From: an uncultured Gammaproteobacteria bacterium
Lineage (GTDB): Bacteria; Pseudomonadota; Gammaproteobacteria; DSM-16500
Direction of reading: 5' to 3'
DNA: 64,000 nt
NCBI GenBank assembly: GCA_963735995.1
Contig: CAVTNC010000003.1
Location: forward strand, 1,601,696 to 1,665,695
Shown here piece by piece: positions 6,965-17,346 of this stretch (positions are counted from its first letter, which is position 1; every line of letters begins with the position of its first letter). The notes beneath the pieces are model-generated. The model saw only the letters and a program-made list of their open reading frames with translations. It did not search any database and was not told where the DNA came from. The position numbers and the translations under genes were made by a program.

Positions 6965-9235
6965 ATGCTCACTATTTTGCGACAAATTATTCAAGAAGTT
7001 TCTGACGCTGACGATTTCAGTGAAGCGCTTACTATTATGGTGAAGCGTATTGCGAGTGCGTTAGCGACAGAAGCTTGTTCAATTTTTTTGTTAGACAAGC
7101 CGCGCAGTGAATATGTCTTGGTCGCAACGCAAGGTTTAAATCAGACAGCAATTAACAAAGTACGTATTCCACTCAACCAAGGTTTAATTGGTTTAGTCGG
7201 TGAGCGTGAAGAAACCATCAACATTGATGAAGCGCGATTGCATCCCAATTTTTTAGAAGTCGCAGAAGTAAACGAAGAAGCCTATCGTGCTTTTCTTGGC
7301 ACACCGGTGATATACCACCGACAAGTGTTAGGCGTTTTGATTGTGCAGCAACACGAGCCGCGTCGTTACGATGAATCCGAAGAAGCTTTTTTAGTGACGC
7401 TTGCAACGCAACTCGCTGCCATCATTGCGCATGCAGAAGCAACTGGCGCACTCACCTCCCTCATCGAAAATTCGAGCACCAAACCACACGAACTTATTTA
7501 TTCGGGTATGCCAGGTGCACCCGGTATTGGCATGGGCAAGGGTGTGGTGATTTATGTTCCCTACGATTTAGATTCCATTCCAGATCGCGTGCCAGATGAT
7601 ATTGCAGCAGAAATTGAGTTGTTAGAGCGCGCGTTTGCGATGGTGCGTGAAGATATGCGTGTGCTCGCAGAACGTTTGTATCCTGCGTTGCCATTAGAAG
7701 AACATGCCTTGTTTGATGTCTACCAACGTATTTTAGATAGCGCAGATCTTGGCAAAGAAGTCGCTGATAATATTCGTCTTGGTAATTGGGCGCCGGGTGC
7801 ATTGCGCGTGACCATCAAAACCCATGTGCGTCATTTGGAAAATCTCGATAACGAATACATGCGCGAGCGTGCCGCTGACATTAATGATTTGGGTTTACGC
7901 GTGCTCGCTTGTTTACTGCAATACGACAAAGCGACACCCCCTTATGCCAAGCGCACAATTTTGATTGGCGAAACCATCTCGCCCACGGATTTAGCCGAAG
8001 TGCCAGAAGGTTGTCTTGCGGGTGTCATTTCAGCAAAAGGATCGAGTAATTCTCATGTCGCCATTTTAGCGCGCGCCATGAATGTGCCGACGGTCATGGG
8101 CGTCAGTGAAGCACCGTTGCATGAATTACAAGACAAAGACATTATCGTCGATGGCAATCACGGCCAGCTTTATGTGCAGCCGAGTCAAGCATTGCGCGTC
8201 GAATTTGAACGCTTGGTGCAAGCAGAACAAAAACTCGATAGCGCATTGGAAGCTGTCCGCAACCTGCCAACAATTACGCAAGATGGTCATCGCGTCAGCT
8301 TGTTAGTGAACACGGGTTTAGGCGCAGATATCAGCATGGCGCTTGCAACCGGCGCAGAAGGAGTTGGTTTGTATCGCACAGAAATTCCTTTTTTAATACG
8401 CGATCGTTTCCCATCGAGCGAAGAGCAACGCATTATTTATCGGCAAATGCTCAGTTCTTTTTCGCCTTTGCCAGTGATATTACGCACACTTGATGTGGGC
8501 GGCGATAAACCGTTGCCTTATTTTCCTATCAAAGAAGATAATCCTTTTCTTGGTTGGCGTGGTTTGCGCATCACGCTTGATCATCCGGAAATTTTTTTGG
8601 CACAAGTGCGTGCCATGTTGCGCGCGAGTGAAGGCTTAGACAACATGCGCATCATGTTACCGATGGTGACAGATGTTGCTGAAGTCGATGAAGCGCTGCG
8701 TTTAGTGCGCAAAGCGTATCTTGAAGTGAGTGAAGCAGGGCATGCAATTAACATGCCGCAACTTGGCGTGATGATAGAAGTGCCATCAGCTGTTTACCAA
8801 GCGCGTGCACTTGCAAAACGCGTGGATTTTTTATCGGTGGGCAGTAACGATTTAACGCAATATCTTTTAGCAGTCGATCGTAACAATGCTCGCGTTGCCA
8901 ATCTCTACGATGCTTTGCATCCCGCGGTCTTGCGCGCGCTGATACAAGTGGTGGAAAATGGCCACCAAGAAGGCAAGCACGTGAGTATTTGTGGCGAAAT
9001 GGCAGGCGATCCCGCGGCAGTATTATTGTTGATTGCCATGGGTTTTGATTCGCTGAGCATGAATGCGCCCTCAGTGTTGCGCGTGCGTTGGATTATTCGT
9101 CACATCTCACGACAAAAAGCAGCGAAATTATTACAAGAAGTATTGAGTATGGAGAGTACAGCCATGATACGTCGTCACATGGAATCAGCATTAGAACAAG
9201 CAGATTTAGGTCATTTCATCCGGGCGGGACACTGA
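6965..9235 (+). CDS. ptsP: PEP-protein phosphotransferase EI-Ntr (GAF + EI)
   Basis: N-terminal GAF domain, SHVAILAR phospho-His motif, GVGLYRTE, SVGSNDLTQY, ICGEMAGD. Confidence 0.97.
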   Translation: MLTILRQIIQEVSDADDFSEALTIMVKRIASALATEACSIFLLDKPRSEYVLVATQGLNQTAINKVRIPLNQGLIGLVGEREETINIDEARLHPNFLEVAEVNEEAYRAFLGTPVIYHRQVLGVLIVQQHEPRRYDESEEAFLVTLATQLAAIIAHAEATGALTSLIENSSTKPHELIYSGMPGAPGIGMGKGVVIYVPYDLDSIPDRVPDDIAAEIELLERAFAMVREDMRVLAERLYPALPLEEHALFDVYQRILDSADLGKEVADNIRLGNWAPGALRVTIKTHVRHLENLDNEYMRERAADINDLGLRVLACLLQYDKATPPYAKRTILIGETISPTDLAEVPEGCLAGVISAKGSSNSHVAILARAMNVPTVMGVSEAPLHELQDKDIIVDGNHGQLYVQPSQALRVEFERLVQAEQKLDSALEAVRNLPTITQDGHRVSLLVNTGLGADISMALATGAEGVGLYRTEIPFLIRDRFPSSEEQRIIYRQMLSSFSPLPVILRTLDVGGDKPLPYFPIKEDNPFLGWRGLRITLDHPEIFLAQVRAMLRASEGLDNMRIMLPMVTDVAEVDEALRLVRKAYLEVSEAGHAINMPQLGVMIEVPSAVYQARALAKRVDFLSVGSNDLTQYLLAVDRNNARVANLYDALHPAVLRALIQVVENGHQEGKHVSICGEMAGDPAAVLLLIAMGFDSLSMNAPSVLRVRWIIRHISRQKAAKLLQEVLSMESTAMIRRHMESALEQADLGHFIRAGH

Positions 9236-10026
9236 TGTTAACCTATCCTGATTTTAATCCCGTTGCTTTTCATCTCGGCACATGGCCTGTGTATTGGTAT
9301 GGTTTGATGTATTTAATCGGCATGGGTCTTGGTTGGTTGTTGCTGTCATGGCGTATACGTTTATCGCCGCGCGGTTTTACTCAAGATGATTTATCCGAAA
9401 TTATTTTTTTTGCAGCACTCGGTGCCATTGTCGGCGGTCGTTTAGGTTACATGTTGTTTTACGATTGGCCGGTATTACGCGCTAATCCTTTGTTACTTTT
9501 TCAAACGTGGAAAGGCGGCATGTCTTTTCATGGCGGTTTGTTGGGTGTGTTGGTTGGCATGATGTGGTGTGCGAAAAAATTTAACAAACCTTTTTTAGTC
9601 TTAACCGATTTCATCGCCCCCGTGGTGCCCATTGGCTTGGGTGCGGGACGCATTGGTAATTTTATCAATGGCGAATTATGGGGACGCATCACCGATGTCC
9701 CTTGGGCGATGGTATTTAAAAATGCCGGACCAGAGCCACGCCATCCCTCATCACTTTACGAATTTTTTTTAGAAGGCGTCTTGCTCTTCGTGATTTTGTG
9801 GTTTTTTTCGATGAAACCGCGGCCATTGGGTGCCGTTTCTGGCCTTTTTGCGCTATGCTATGGGGTATTTCGCTGTTTTGCCGAAGCTTTCCGCGAACCG
9901 GATGTACAAATTGGTTATCTCGCTTTTGGTTGGTTGACGGAAGGCCAACTACTGTCGTTGCCACTGATATTAGTCGGCATTATTTTATTGGTGGTGGCTT
10001 ATAAACGTCATGACGTGAGGGTGTGA
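9235..10026 (+). CDS. lgt: Prolipoprotein diacylglyceryl transferase
   Basis: Start reassigned to MLTYPDFNP (TGATG overlap); [36 protein letters not shown]. Confidence 0.97.
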   Translation: MLTYPDFNPVAFHLGTWPVYWYGLMYLIGMGLGWLLLSWRIRLSPRGFTQDDLSEIIFFAALGAIVGGRLGYMLFYDWPVLRANPLLLFQTWKGGMSFHGGLLGVLVGMMWCAKKFNKPFLVLTDFIAPVVPIGLGAGRIGNFINGELWGRITDVPWAMVFKNAGPEPRHPSSLYEFFLEGVLLFVILWFFSMKPRPLGAVSGLFALCYGVFRCFAEAFREPDVQIGYLAFGWLTEGQLLSLPLILVGIILLVVAYKRHDVRV

Positions 10027-10820
10027 TGAAACAATATCTCGATTATCTTGACCATATCATGCAACACGGTGTGCAAAAAAAAGATCGCACCGGTGTTGGC
10101 ACGTTAAGTGTTTTTGGTCATCAGATGCGTTTTGATTTAAGCAAAGGGTTTCCCTTGCTGACCACGAAAAAACTTTTTTACAAAGGCATATTTCACGAAT
10201 TATTTTGGTTTTTAAAAGGCGATACCAACATTGCTTATTTGAATGAAAATAATGTCAACATCTGGAATCAGTGGGCGGATGCCGCTGGAAATTTAGGACC
10301 GGTTTACGGCAAACAGTGGCGTGCTTGGCGTACGGAAGAAGGTCACGTGATAGATCAGATAGCAGACGTGATACAGCAAATCAAGACGAATCCTGATTCA
10401 CGGCGTTTGATAGTCAGTGCATGGAATGTTGGTGAATTAAATAAAATGGCGTTGCCACCTTGTCACTTGATGTTTCAATTTTACGTCGTCGCTGGCAAAT
10501 TATCGTGTCAATCGTATCAGCGTTCTGCGGATTCTTTTCTCGGCGTTCCTTTCAATATTGCATCTTATGCGTTGCTCACGCACATGATGGCAGAACAATG
10601 TCAGCTGTTACCCGGTGAATTTGTTTGGACTGGTGGCGATTGTCACATTTATCTCAACCACTTGGAGCAAGTAAAGGAGCAACTGAGTCGTCAACCACAT
10701 CCCTTGCCCGAACTCCGCTTCAAACGTCGTCCTGCATCATTAACGGATTATACTTTCGATGACATCGAAATTTTAAATTACGAAGCACAGCCACACATTA
10801 AAGGTGAGATAGCGGTTTGA
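10026..10820 (+). CDS. thyA: Thymidylate synthase
   Basis: [37 protein letters not shown]; 264 aa. Confidence 0.98.
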   Translation: MKQYLDYLDHIMQHGVQKKDRTGVGTLSVFGHQMRFDLSKGFPLLTTKKLFYKGIFHELFWFLKGDTNIAYLNENNVNIWNQWADAAGNLGPVYGKQWRAWRTEEGHVIDQIADVIQQIKTNPDSRRLIVSAWNVGELNKMALPPCHLMFQFYVVAGKLSCQSYQRSADSFLGVPFNIASYALLTHMMAEQCQLLPGEFVWTGGDCHIYLNHLEQVKEQLSRQPHPLPELRFKRRPASLTDYTFDDIEILNYEAQPHIKGEIAV

Positions 10821-10836
10821 GCGATGATTGTGTTCG

Positions 10837-10864
10837 TGTCATCCCCGCGAAGGCGGGGATGACA
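10837..10864. repeat. Short family-1-related palindrome, probable terminator
   Basis: TGTCATCCCCGC-gaag-GCGGGGATGACA between convergent thyA and a lipoprotein gene. Confidence 0.85.
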
Positions 10865-10891
10865 GTGTTTGTGCGATAACAAGTAACATCA

Positions 10892-11110
10892 TTAACAATT
10901 ATCCGCATCATAAGTGCGCTGCGTCAGCGGCGATTCGGCATTTTGAATGTCAGCTTCTCGCGTAATGTTGGTTGAACCATTGAATATCAAATTACTTTTT
11001 AGTTGATTACAAACAGCCTTATGGGTGTCGTTGGAAGAGACGCTGCTACAAGCACTGATGAGTAAATAACTGAGCAAGAGTAAGGAAAATTGAGTGGGTA
11101 ATCGTCGCAT
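10892..11110 (-). CDS. Small lipoprotein (72 aa)
   Basis: RBS AAGGAG; basic N-terminus, hydrophobic stretch, lipobox ISAC21; further Cys34 and C-terminal Cys72. Confidence 0.8.
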   Translation of the reverse strand: MRRLPTQFSLLLLSYLLISACSSVSSNDTHKAVCNQLKSNLIFNGSTNITREADIQNAESPLTQRTYDADNC

Positions 11111-11241
11111 GACTTATCTCCTTGAATTTCATCGTCTAAGTGAGAGTGTGGCGGAAGATGAGCGCTGAGTAAAGATTGCAATGATTCGCTTTACCCCTTA
11201 TTCTGCAAGATATCAAGATATATTGTGAATAGGTTTCATCG

Positions 11242-13524
11242 ATGGCAAAGTTTAAAGATCCACATGCAGAACGGGAGTCTCAGAAATATGAGAATCCCAT
11301 CCCCAGTCGCGAATTCATTTTACAGTACCTTGCCGAATGTGGTCGTCCGCTGACACAGCAGCAAATGCAAGAAGCATTTGAATTGAATACGCCGGATCAA
11401 GAAGAAGCATTGCGTCGTCGCTTAATTGCGATGGCACGCGATGGACAATTATTAAAAAATCGCAAAGGTGCTTTTGGTCCATTAGAAAGTATGGAATTAA
11501 TTGCTGGTCGCGTCATTGGTCACAAAGATGGTTTTGGTTTTGTGGTTGCAGATAGCGGTGGCGAAGATTTATTTTTAAGTCCGCGACAAATGCGCACAGT
11601 ATTTCATGGTGATCGCGTGTTAACGCGCGTTGCGAATGTGGATAATCGTGGTCGACGTGAAGCCATCATCGTGGAAGTGCTGGAACATAACACCCAACAA
11701 TTAGTCGGTCGTTTTTACACAGAATCCGGTGTCGCTTATGTCGAACCATCTAACTTACGCATGACGCAAGCCATACTCATTCCACCGGATGCGATGAAAG
11801 AAGCAAAGCATGGTCAGATGGTCGTCGTTGCAGTCACGTCACAACCAACATTGCATGCGCGTCCTTTTGGTGAAATTGTCGAAGTGCTGGGCGATCACAT
11901 GGCGCCGGGCATGGAAATTAATGTTGCAATACGCAATCATGGACTTCCCAATGTTTGGCCGGACGATGCGTTGCTCGAAGCATCACGCTATGGCGCAACA
12001 GTCACTGAAGAAGCGATACAAGGCCGCGAAGATATGCGCGCTTTGCCCTTTGTCACCATTGATGGTGATGATGCAAAAGATTTTGATGATGCCGTGCTCT
12101 GTCAGCCAGCAGAACAAGGTGGTTTTACGTTATCGGTGGCGATAGCAGATGTTGCCCATTATGTGCGTCCGGGTTCTGCGCTGGATAGAGAAGCGTATCA
12201 ACGCGGCAATTCCGTTTATTTTCCAGCACGGGTGATACCCATGTTACCGGAAGCCTTATCAAATAATTTGTGTTCGCTCAATCCTAAAGTTGATCGTTTA
12301 GTCATGGTTTGTGTGATGGATATTAATAAGGCGGGTCACATCGATCACTATCGTTTTGCAGAAGCGGTGATTAATTCAAAAGCGCGTCTCACTTACAACG
12401 AAGTGCATGCGATGATGGAAAAAAATGACAATCGCGTTCGCGAACGTTTTAAAGACATCGTGCCGCAGTTAGAACAGCTCTATGACATCTTTCGCATTTT
12501 ACAAAAAGCACGCAAAGAACGCGGCGCCATTGATTTTGATTTACCAGAAACCAAAATTGTTTTTGGTCGTGATCGCAAAATTGAAAAAATTATTCCTTAC
12601 GAACGTTTTAATTCGCATCGCGTGATTGAAGAATGCATGTTGTGCGCAAATATTTCGGCGGCAAAATTTTTAGAAAAACATAAACAACCGGGATTGTATC
12701 GTGTTCATGAAGGCCCAACCGATGAAAAATTTGAAAACCTGAATCGTTTCTTGCAAGAAATTGGTTTGAAAATTCCAGGTCATCGAAAACCAGTACCAGG
12801 TGATTATGCGCATGTGTTACGCGTGATGGCGGATCGTCCTGATGCACACATCATTCAAACTATTTTGTTGCGCTCCATGAGTCAGGCAGTTTATAGCCCA
12901 GAAAATAAGGGCCATTTTGGTTTAGCGTATGAAGCGTATGCACACTTCACCTCTCCCATACGCCGTTATCCGGATTTAATGGTGCACCGTGGCATCAAGC
13001 AATTACTCGCTAACAAAAAACCGGCAGGTGATGCCGCTGCTTTTGTTTTAGCCGGTGAACATTGTTCCATGACGGAACGTCGTGCTGATGATGCGACGAA
13101 TGAAGTGACCGATTGGTTGAAGTGTGAATTTATGCTGGATAAAGTCGGGCAATCTTTTCCAGGCGTGATTTCTGGTGTGACAAGCTTTGGTATTTTTGTG
13201 GAGCTCGTTGATTTTTATGTCGAAGGTCTGGTGCACATTAGCATATTGCCAGATGATTATTATCAATTTGATGCGATTAAACACGAATTAACCGGTGAAC
13301 GCACGTCGCGAACTTTTCGTTTGGGCGATCCCATACGCATCACCGTTGCGCGCGTGAACTTGGATCAATGTGAAATTGATTTTGTGTTAGAAGAAGGCGT
13401 GCGCACGCGTTCAACAAAAGCAGGCGGTGATCGTCAGGCGACAAAAAAGAAAAAATCACGACACACAAAAAATAAAACGGGACAGAGTGATCATGCAAAA
13501 TCAAAAAAGAAAACACGCAAATAG
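11242..13524 (+). CDS. rnr: Ribonuclease R
   Basis: TIDGDDAKDFDDA RNB motif, HFTSPIRRYPDL, S1 domain, basic tail. Confidence 0.98.
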   Translation: MAKFKDPHAERESQKYENPIPSREFILQYLAECGRPLTQQQMQEAFELNTPDQEEALRRRLIAMARDGQLLKNRKGAFGPLESMELIAGRVIGHKDGFGFVVADSGGEDLFLSPRQMRTVFHGDRVLTRVANVDNRGRREAIIVEVLEHNTQQLVGRFYTESGVAYVEPSNLRMTQAILIPPDAMKEAKHGQMVVVAVTSQPTLHARPFGEIVEVLGDHMAPGMEINVAIRNHGLPNVWPDDALLEASRYGATVTEEAIQGREDMRALPFVTIDGDDAKDFDDAVLCQPAEQGGFTLSVAIADVAHYVRPGSALDREAYQRGNSVYFPARVIPMLPEALSNNLCSLNPKVDRLVMVCVMDINKAGHIDHYRFAEAVINSKARLTYNEVHAMMEKNDNRVRERFKDIVPQLEQLYDIFRILQKARKERGAIDFDLPETKIVFGRDRKIEKIIPYERFNSHRVIEECMLCANISAAKFLEKHKQPGLYRVHEGPTDEKFENLNRFLQEIGLKIPGHRKPVPGDYAHVLRVMADRPDAHIIQTILLRSMSQAVYSPENKGHFGLAYEAYAHFTSPIRRYPDLMVHRGIKQLLANKKPAGDAAAFVLAGEHCSMTERRADDATNEVTDWLKCEFMLDKVGQSFPGVISGVTSFGIFVELVDFYVEGLVHISILPDDYYQFDAIKHELTGERTSRTFRLGDPIRITVARVNLDQCEIDFVLEEGVRTRSTKAGGDRQATKKKKSRHTKNKTGQSDHAKSKKKTRK

Positions 13525-13569
13525 TGTATGAATAACCGAATTATCAGCTCTGAAAAAACTGTCATCGAC

Positions 13570-13649
13570 GCAAAGGCTGTCATTCGTGCACTCACTGTCA
13601 TCCCAGCCTTCGCTGGGATGACAGTGAGTGCACGAATGACAGCTTTTGC
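13570..13649. repeat. Long hairpin with perfect 32-bp stem (13576-13607 / 13612-13643)
   Basis: GCTGTCATTCGTGCACTCACTGTCATCCCAGC-cttc-reverse complement, extended by GCAAAG/TTTTGC; tip related to family-1 arm. Confidence 0.9.
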
Positions 13650-13684
13650 ACGAATGACAACAATTGCACGGATACCAAATAATC

Positions 13685-14446
13685 ATGGCAAATAAACATT
13701 ATATTTTTGGCGTGCATGCTGTCATGGCGTTATTACAACATGCGCCGCAACGTATTTTGCATTTGTATGTTCAAGACGAGCAGCAGCAAGATACAAAGCG
13801 CAATGCCATCGTGACACTCGCCAAACAACATGGCATTGCACTTGATAAAGTTAAACGCGAAACCTTAGAGCGTCTTGCACCGGATGCCAATCATCAAGGT
13901 GTTGTTGCTTATTGTGTGCAAGCGATGGCGTTGGCTGAAACCGATTTGCTTGCGTTGTTACAGACGCTTACGGTGCCGCCTTTATTGTTGGTGTTAGATG
14001 GCATACAAGATCCGCACAATTTAGGTGCGTGTTTTCGTTCCGCGGATGCGGCGGGCGTTCATGCCATCATTGCACCAAAAGATAAGTCGGTGGGATTGAC
14101 GTCCATTGTTTGCAAAGTCGCAAGTGGTGCAACGGAGACCGTGCCTTTTGTGCAAGTCACCAATCTTGCCCGCGTTTTGCAGCAGCTAAAAACCCAGGGC
14201 ATTTGGCTATATGGCGCGGCGGGGGACGCCACACAAACACTTTATCAAACCGATTTCATCGGTCCGACGGCGATTATTCTTGGTGCCGAAGGCATCGGTT
14301 TACGCCGCTTAACGCGCGAGCATTGTGATGCGTTGGTCACTATCCCCATGCAAGGTACTGTTTCTAGTCTAAATGTTTCCGTTGCAGCCGGCATATGCCT
14401 ATTCGAGGCGGTCAGACAGCGCACTATGAATAATAAGACAAAATAA
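13685..14446 (+). CDS. rlmB: 23S rRNA Gm2251 methyltransferase RlmB
   Basis: ANHQGVVA, LDGIQDPHNLGACFRSA, GAEGIG, SLNVSVAAG; follows rnr. Confidence 0.96.
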   Translation: MANKHYIFGVHAVMALLQHAPQRILHLYVQDEQQQDTKRNAIVTLAKQHGIALDKVKRETLERLAPDANHQGVVAYCVQAMALAETDLLALLQTLTVPPLLLVLDGIQDPHNLGACFRSADAAGVHAIIAPKDKSVGLTSIVCKVASGATETVPFVQVTNLARVLQQLKTQGIWLYGAAGDATQTLYQTDFIGPTAIILGAEGIGLRRLTREHCDALVTIPMQGTVSSLNVSVAAGICLFEAVRQRTMNNKTK

Positions 14447-14699
14447 TAAAAACTAGTTGAAATTTGCACAATTTTCCCTTAAAATTACCCCTGATTTAAA
14501 GTTTAACTAAAAAAATAACAGACGAGAGTGGGCGTGTATCAGACAGCTATCGTTTTGGCAGTCTTATTTTCAATAGCATTACCTCACCCATGCAACGTCA
14601 CCCGAGTCATCCATTAATTAATGGTCGCCCATAAAAAACGACCAATAAAAATAAATAACGAAAAATTATTACAAACACACATCGAGGGGAGTAAACGTT

Positions 14700-15983
14700 A
14701 TGCGCGCGTCGCAGCAACACACAGATAGTGAATGCTTTGATCTCACTGCAATGAGTGATGAACAAGCTTACATTGTTGGTCAATTCATTGTGCAGGAATT
14801 GTATTCGTCAGATGCATCGGCACAACTGCGTCTTCCTAAAAATGTAATGAATACCCTGCTATCTTCCGAGGGCGATATAGCCTTCACCCTTAAACAAGAT
14901 GTCACGAGTCATCGCTTAGTCAAAGATAACGCATTAGTCGGATTTAAGGTCACGGGTGATGAGGAATTGGGTAGAGGGATATTTGGTGCGGTGAAAGTGG
15001 TCATCGGATCACTGCATATTGATGCAGAGGATGATTATAAGGCTAGCTTCGAAATGCATCATTCACTTGCTATCAAAAAAATAAAGCAAAAAGAAACAGA
15101 CACGCGCAAGGCATTTGGCGAAAATGTGATGCGAGAAGTAACATTATCACAGCAAACAGATTATCTACATTTTAAAAAGCCAACTTTTTTTGAAACTCGA
15201 AAAGATAAAAAAAATGTTGCAGGCGAAAAATTATTAGATGCCTATATCATCATCAAACGCTTTCACGGTAAAACATTACAAGCGCATATCGCTGCAAATG
15301 ATTTAACAACAATGCAAATTGCTGCAATCAGTCGCTTGCTGCCACACTGTTTGCAAAAAGATTGTCATGAGAAATTTGTTCTGCATCGTGATATTAAACC
15401 CGACAATATCATCGTTAATATAGATGAAAACGGTGAAGTGATTAATCTATATTATATTGACCTAGGCTTAGCAAGGGATATACGCATCGAAGACCACAAA
15501 AATTGTGGTGCGGCTGCTTTTGTGTCGCCAGAACAATTATGTCGTGAGTTGACCAATGAAAAATCAGATATTTACTCATTAGGAAAATTATTGATAATAC
15601 TTTGGAAGCTTCTCTCAAAAAGCGATAGCATCGTATCTATTGAAAAGTTTTTTGAAAATGTCGCTAAATCTAATAACATAATTATCATTACATCTGCATT
15701 TATATCATTAGGTCTTAGTGCGAGTGATAGTATAAAAGCGGAAAACATGATGCTATCAATGACGCAAAGATCTCCTCGAGAACGTCCAAAAAATTTAATG
15801 GATGTTAGTCAGTGTTTTAAACAGATTGAAGATAACCTAGCAAAGGTGAAAAGCGTCAGTGCAGCGAAAGCAACGCCGAGTTTCTTTGTGGAAGCCTCAC
15901 AACAAGTGTTGATGGAGCGCAACAAAATAAAAGAAGAAATAGAAGAAGAAAAAAAACCAAGACATGCATCAATAGAAATATAA
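14700..15983 (+). CDS. Eukaryotic-type Ser/Thr protein kinase 1, candidate effector
   Basis: LGRGIFG, AIKK, REV, HRDIKPDN, DLGLARD, VSPE, SDIYSLG, ERP; E/K-rich tail. Confidence 0.88.
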   Translation: MRASQQHTDSECFDLTAMSDEQAYIVGQFIVQELYSSDASAQLRLPKNVMNTLLSSEGDIAFTLKQDVTSHRLVKDNALVGFKVTGDEELGRGIFGAVKVVIGSLHIDAEDDYKASFEMHHSLAIKKIKQKETDTRKAFGENVMREVTLSQQTDYLHFKKPTFFETRKDKKNVAGEKLLDAYIIIKRFHGKTLQAHIAANDLTTMQIAAISRLLPHCLQKDCHEKFVLHRDIKPDNIIVNIDENGEVINLYYIDLGLARDIRIEDHKNCGAAAFVSPEQLCRELTNEKSDIYSLGKLLIILWKLLSKSDSIVSIEKFFENVAKSNNIIIITSAFISLGLSASDSIKAENMMLSMTQRSPRERPKNLMDVSQCFKQIEDNLAKVKSVSAAKATPSFFVEASQQVLMERNKIKEEIEEEKKPRHASIEI

Positions 15984-16030
15984 TTTTTAGCGAAAAAATA
16001 TTACTAGCACACATAACGAGGAAAAATACC

Positions 16031-17326
16031 ATGCGTTCATCGCAGAAAACCATTGATATGGGATGTATCGATCTCACTCGCATGACGGAAGATGAAGAGC
16101 GCATTATGGGTGAATTCATTGAGCAAGAAACTGCGAAAGAGCGAACATTGCATCTTGCAAAAAATAAAAATTACCAACATTTATCCCGTAAACGGAAATG
16201 TACTTATTCATTTACCTTGTTGCAAGATGTCATGAGCCATCGATTAGTTAACGATAAAAAGAAAGTGGGTCATAAAGTGATTGGGGATAAAATATTGGGA
16301 AGAGGTACATTTGGTGTGGTGAAAGTGGTGCTTGGCTCACTTTATTTTGATGAAGAATCCGCTGTTTTTTTTAAAGAAAATCATTCGCTTGCGATGAAAG
16401 AAATTAGACAAAATCCAAAAAATACTCGCGACTATTTTAGTCAGCATGTCATGAGAGAAGTAACATTATCACGGCAAGCAGGCGAAAATTATCTTCATTT
16501 TAAAAGTCCAACATTTTTTGAATGCCAACGCAATGAAAAAAATGTTGCAGGCGAAAGACTATGTGTTGCTTATATCATCATGAAACGCATACACGGTAAA
16601 ACGTTACAAGACTATATCGATGCTAAAGAACTGACAGCTGCGCAAATGGTTGAAATAAGTTTTATTCTCACAGAATTATTGCAAAAAGACTGTCACCAAC
16701 AATTTGTTCAGCATCGCGATATTAAACCCAGCAATATCATCGTTGAAATCAACGACAATGGCAAAATAGTTGGTGCCCGCTTCATTGATTTTAATTTAGC
16801 GAAAGATTTGCGTAAGGAGGATTTTGAAAACGGTGGCACAGTTTATTATATCGCGCCTGAACAATTATTGGGGGATGGCAGTGATCAGCGAGCTGACTTT
16901 TATCAATTCGCAAAAACACTTGCTATGCTTCTTGGACTTGCTATCCAATTGAGAAACGATAGAAACACCAGAAAAATAGTGCGCGATATTATGTCTTATG
17001 ATACCACCATTTTTCCGACGAAAGCATTTAGAGCGTTATCAGGTATTAGCATTGCAGACGGCAATATAATTGTAAAAATGCTGCTGAGAATGACGCGTTT
17101 ATCGCCAGATGCTCGTCCAGAAAGTTTGGCGGAACTGAGCGCGTGTTTTAAAAAGATTGCGATTACCCTAGGATTATCACCTGAACGGACATTAGCCGAA
17201 TTAAATCGGCCGTTGAAAGACAGACAGACATTTTTTGCAGAAAATCCACTGAAAACATTGATGCTGAGCGATGAAAAAGAAGAAAACGAAGCACAACAAT
17301 CACCCTTTCGCCTCGGCATGGAATAA
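16031..17326 (+). CDS. Eukaryotic-type Ser/Thr protein kinase 2, candidate effector
   Basis: LGRGTFG, AMKE, HRDIKPSN, DFNLAKD (DFG variant), IAPE; E-rich tail. Confidence 0.88.
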   Translation: MRSSQKTIDMGCIDLTRMTEDEERIMGEFIEQETAKERTLHLAKNKNYQHLSRKRKCTYSFTLLQDVMSHRLVNDKKKVGHKVIGDKILGRGTFGVVKVVLGSLYFDEESAVFFKENHSLAMKEIRQNPKNTRDYFSQHVMREVTLSRQAGENYLHFKSPTFFECQRNEKNVAGERLCVAYIIMKRIHGKTLQDYIDAKELTAAQMVEISFILTELLQKDCHQQFVQHRDIKPSNIIVEINDNGKIVGARFIDFNLAKDLRKEDFENGGTVYYIAPEQLLGDGSDQRADFYQFAKTLAMLLGLAIQLRNDRNTRKIVRDIMSYDTTIFPTKAFRALSGISIADGNIIVKMLLRMTRLSPDARPESLAELSACFKKIAITLGLSPERTLAELNRPLKDRQTFFAENPLKTLMLSDEKEENEAQQSPFRLGME

Positions 17327-17346
17327 TAATTCAAAGAGGAAATAAT

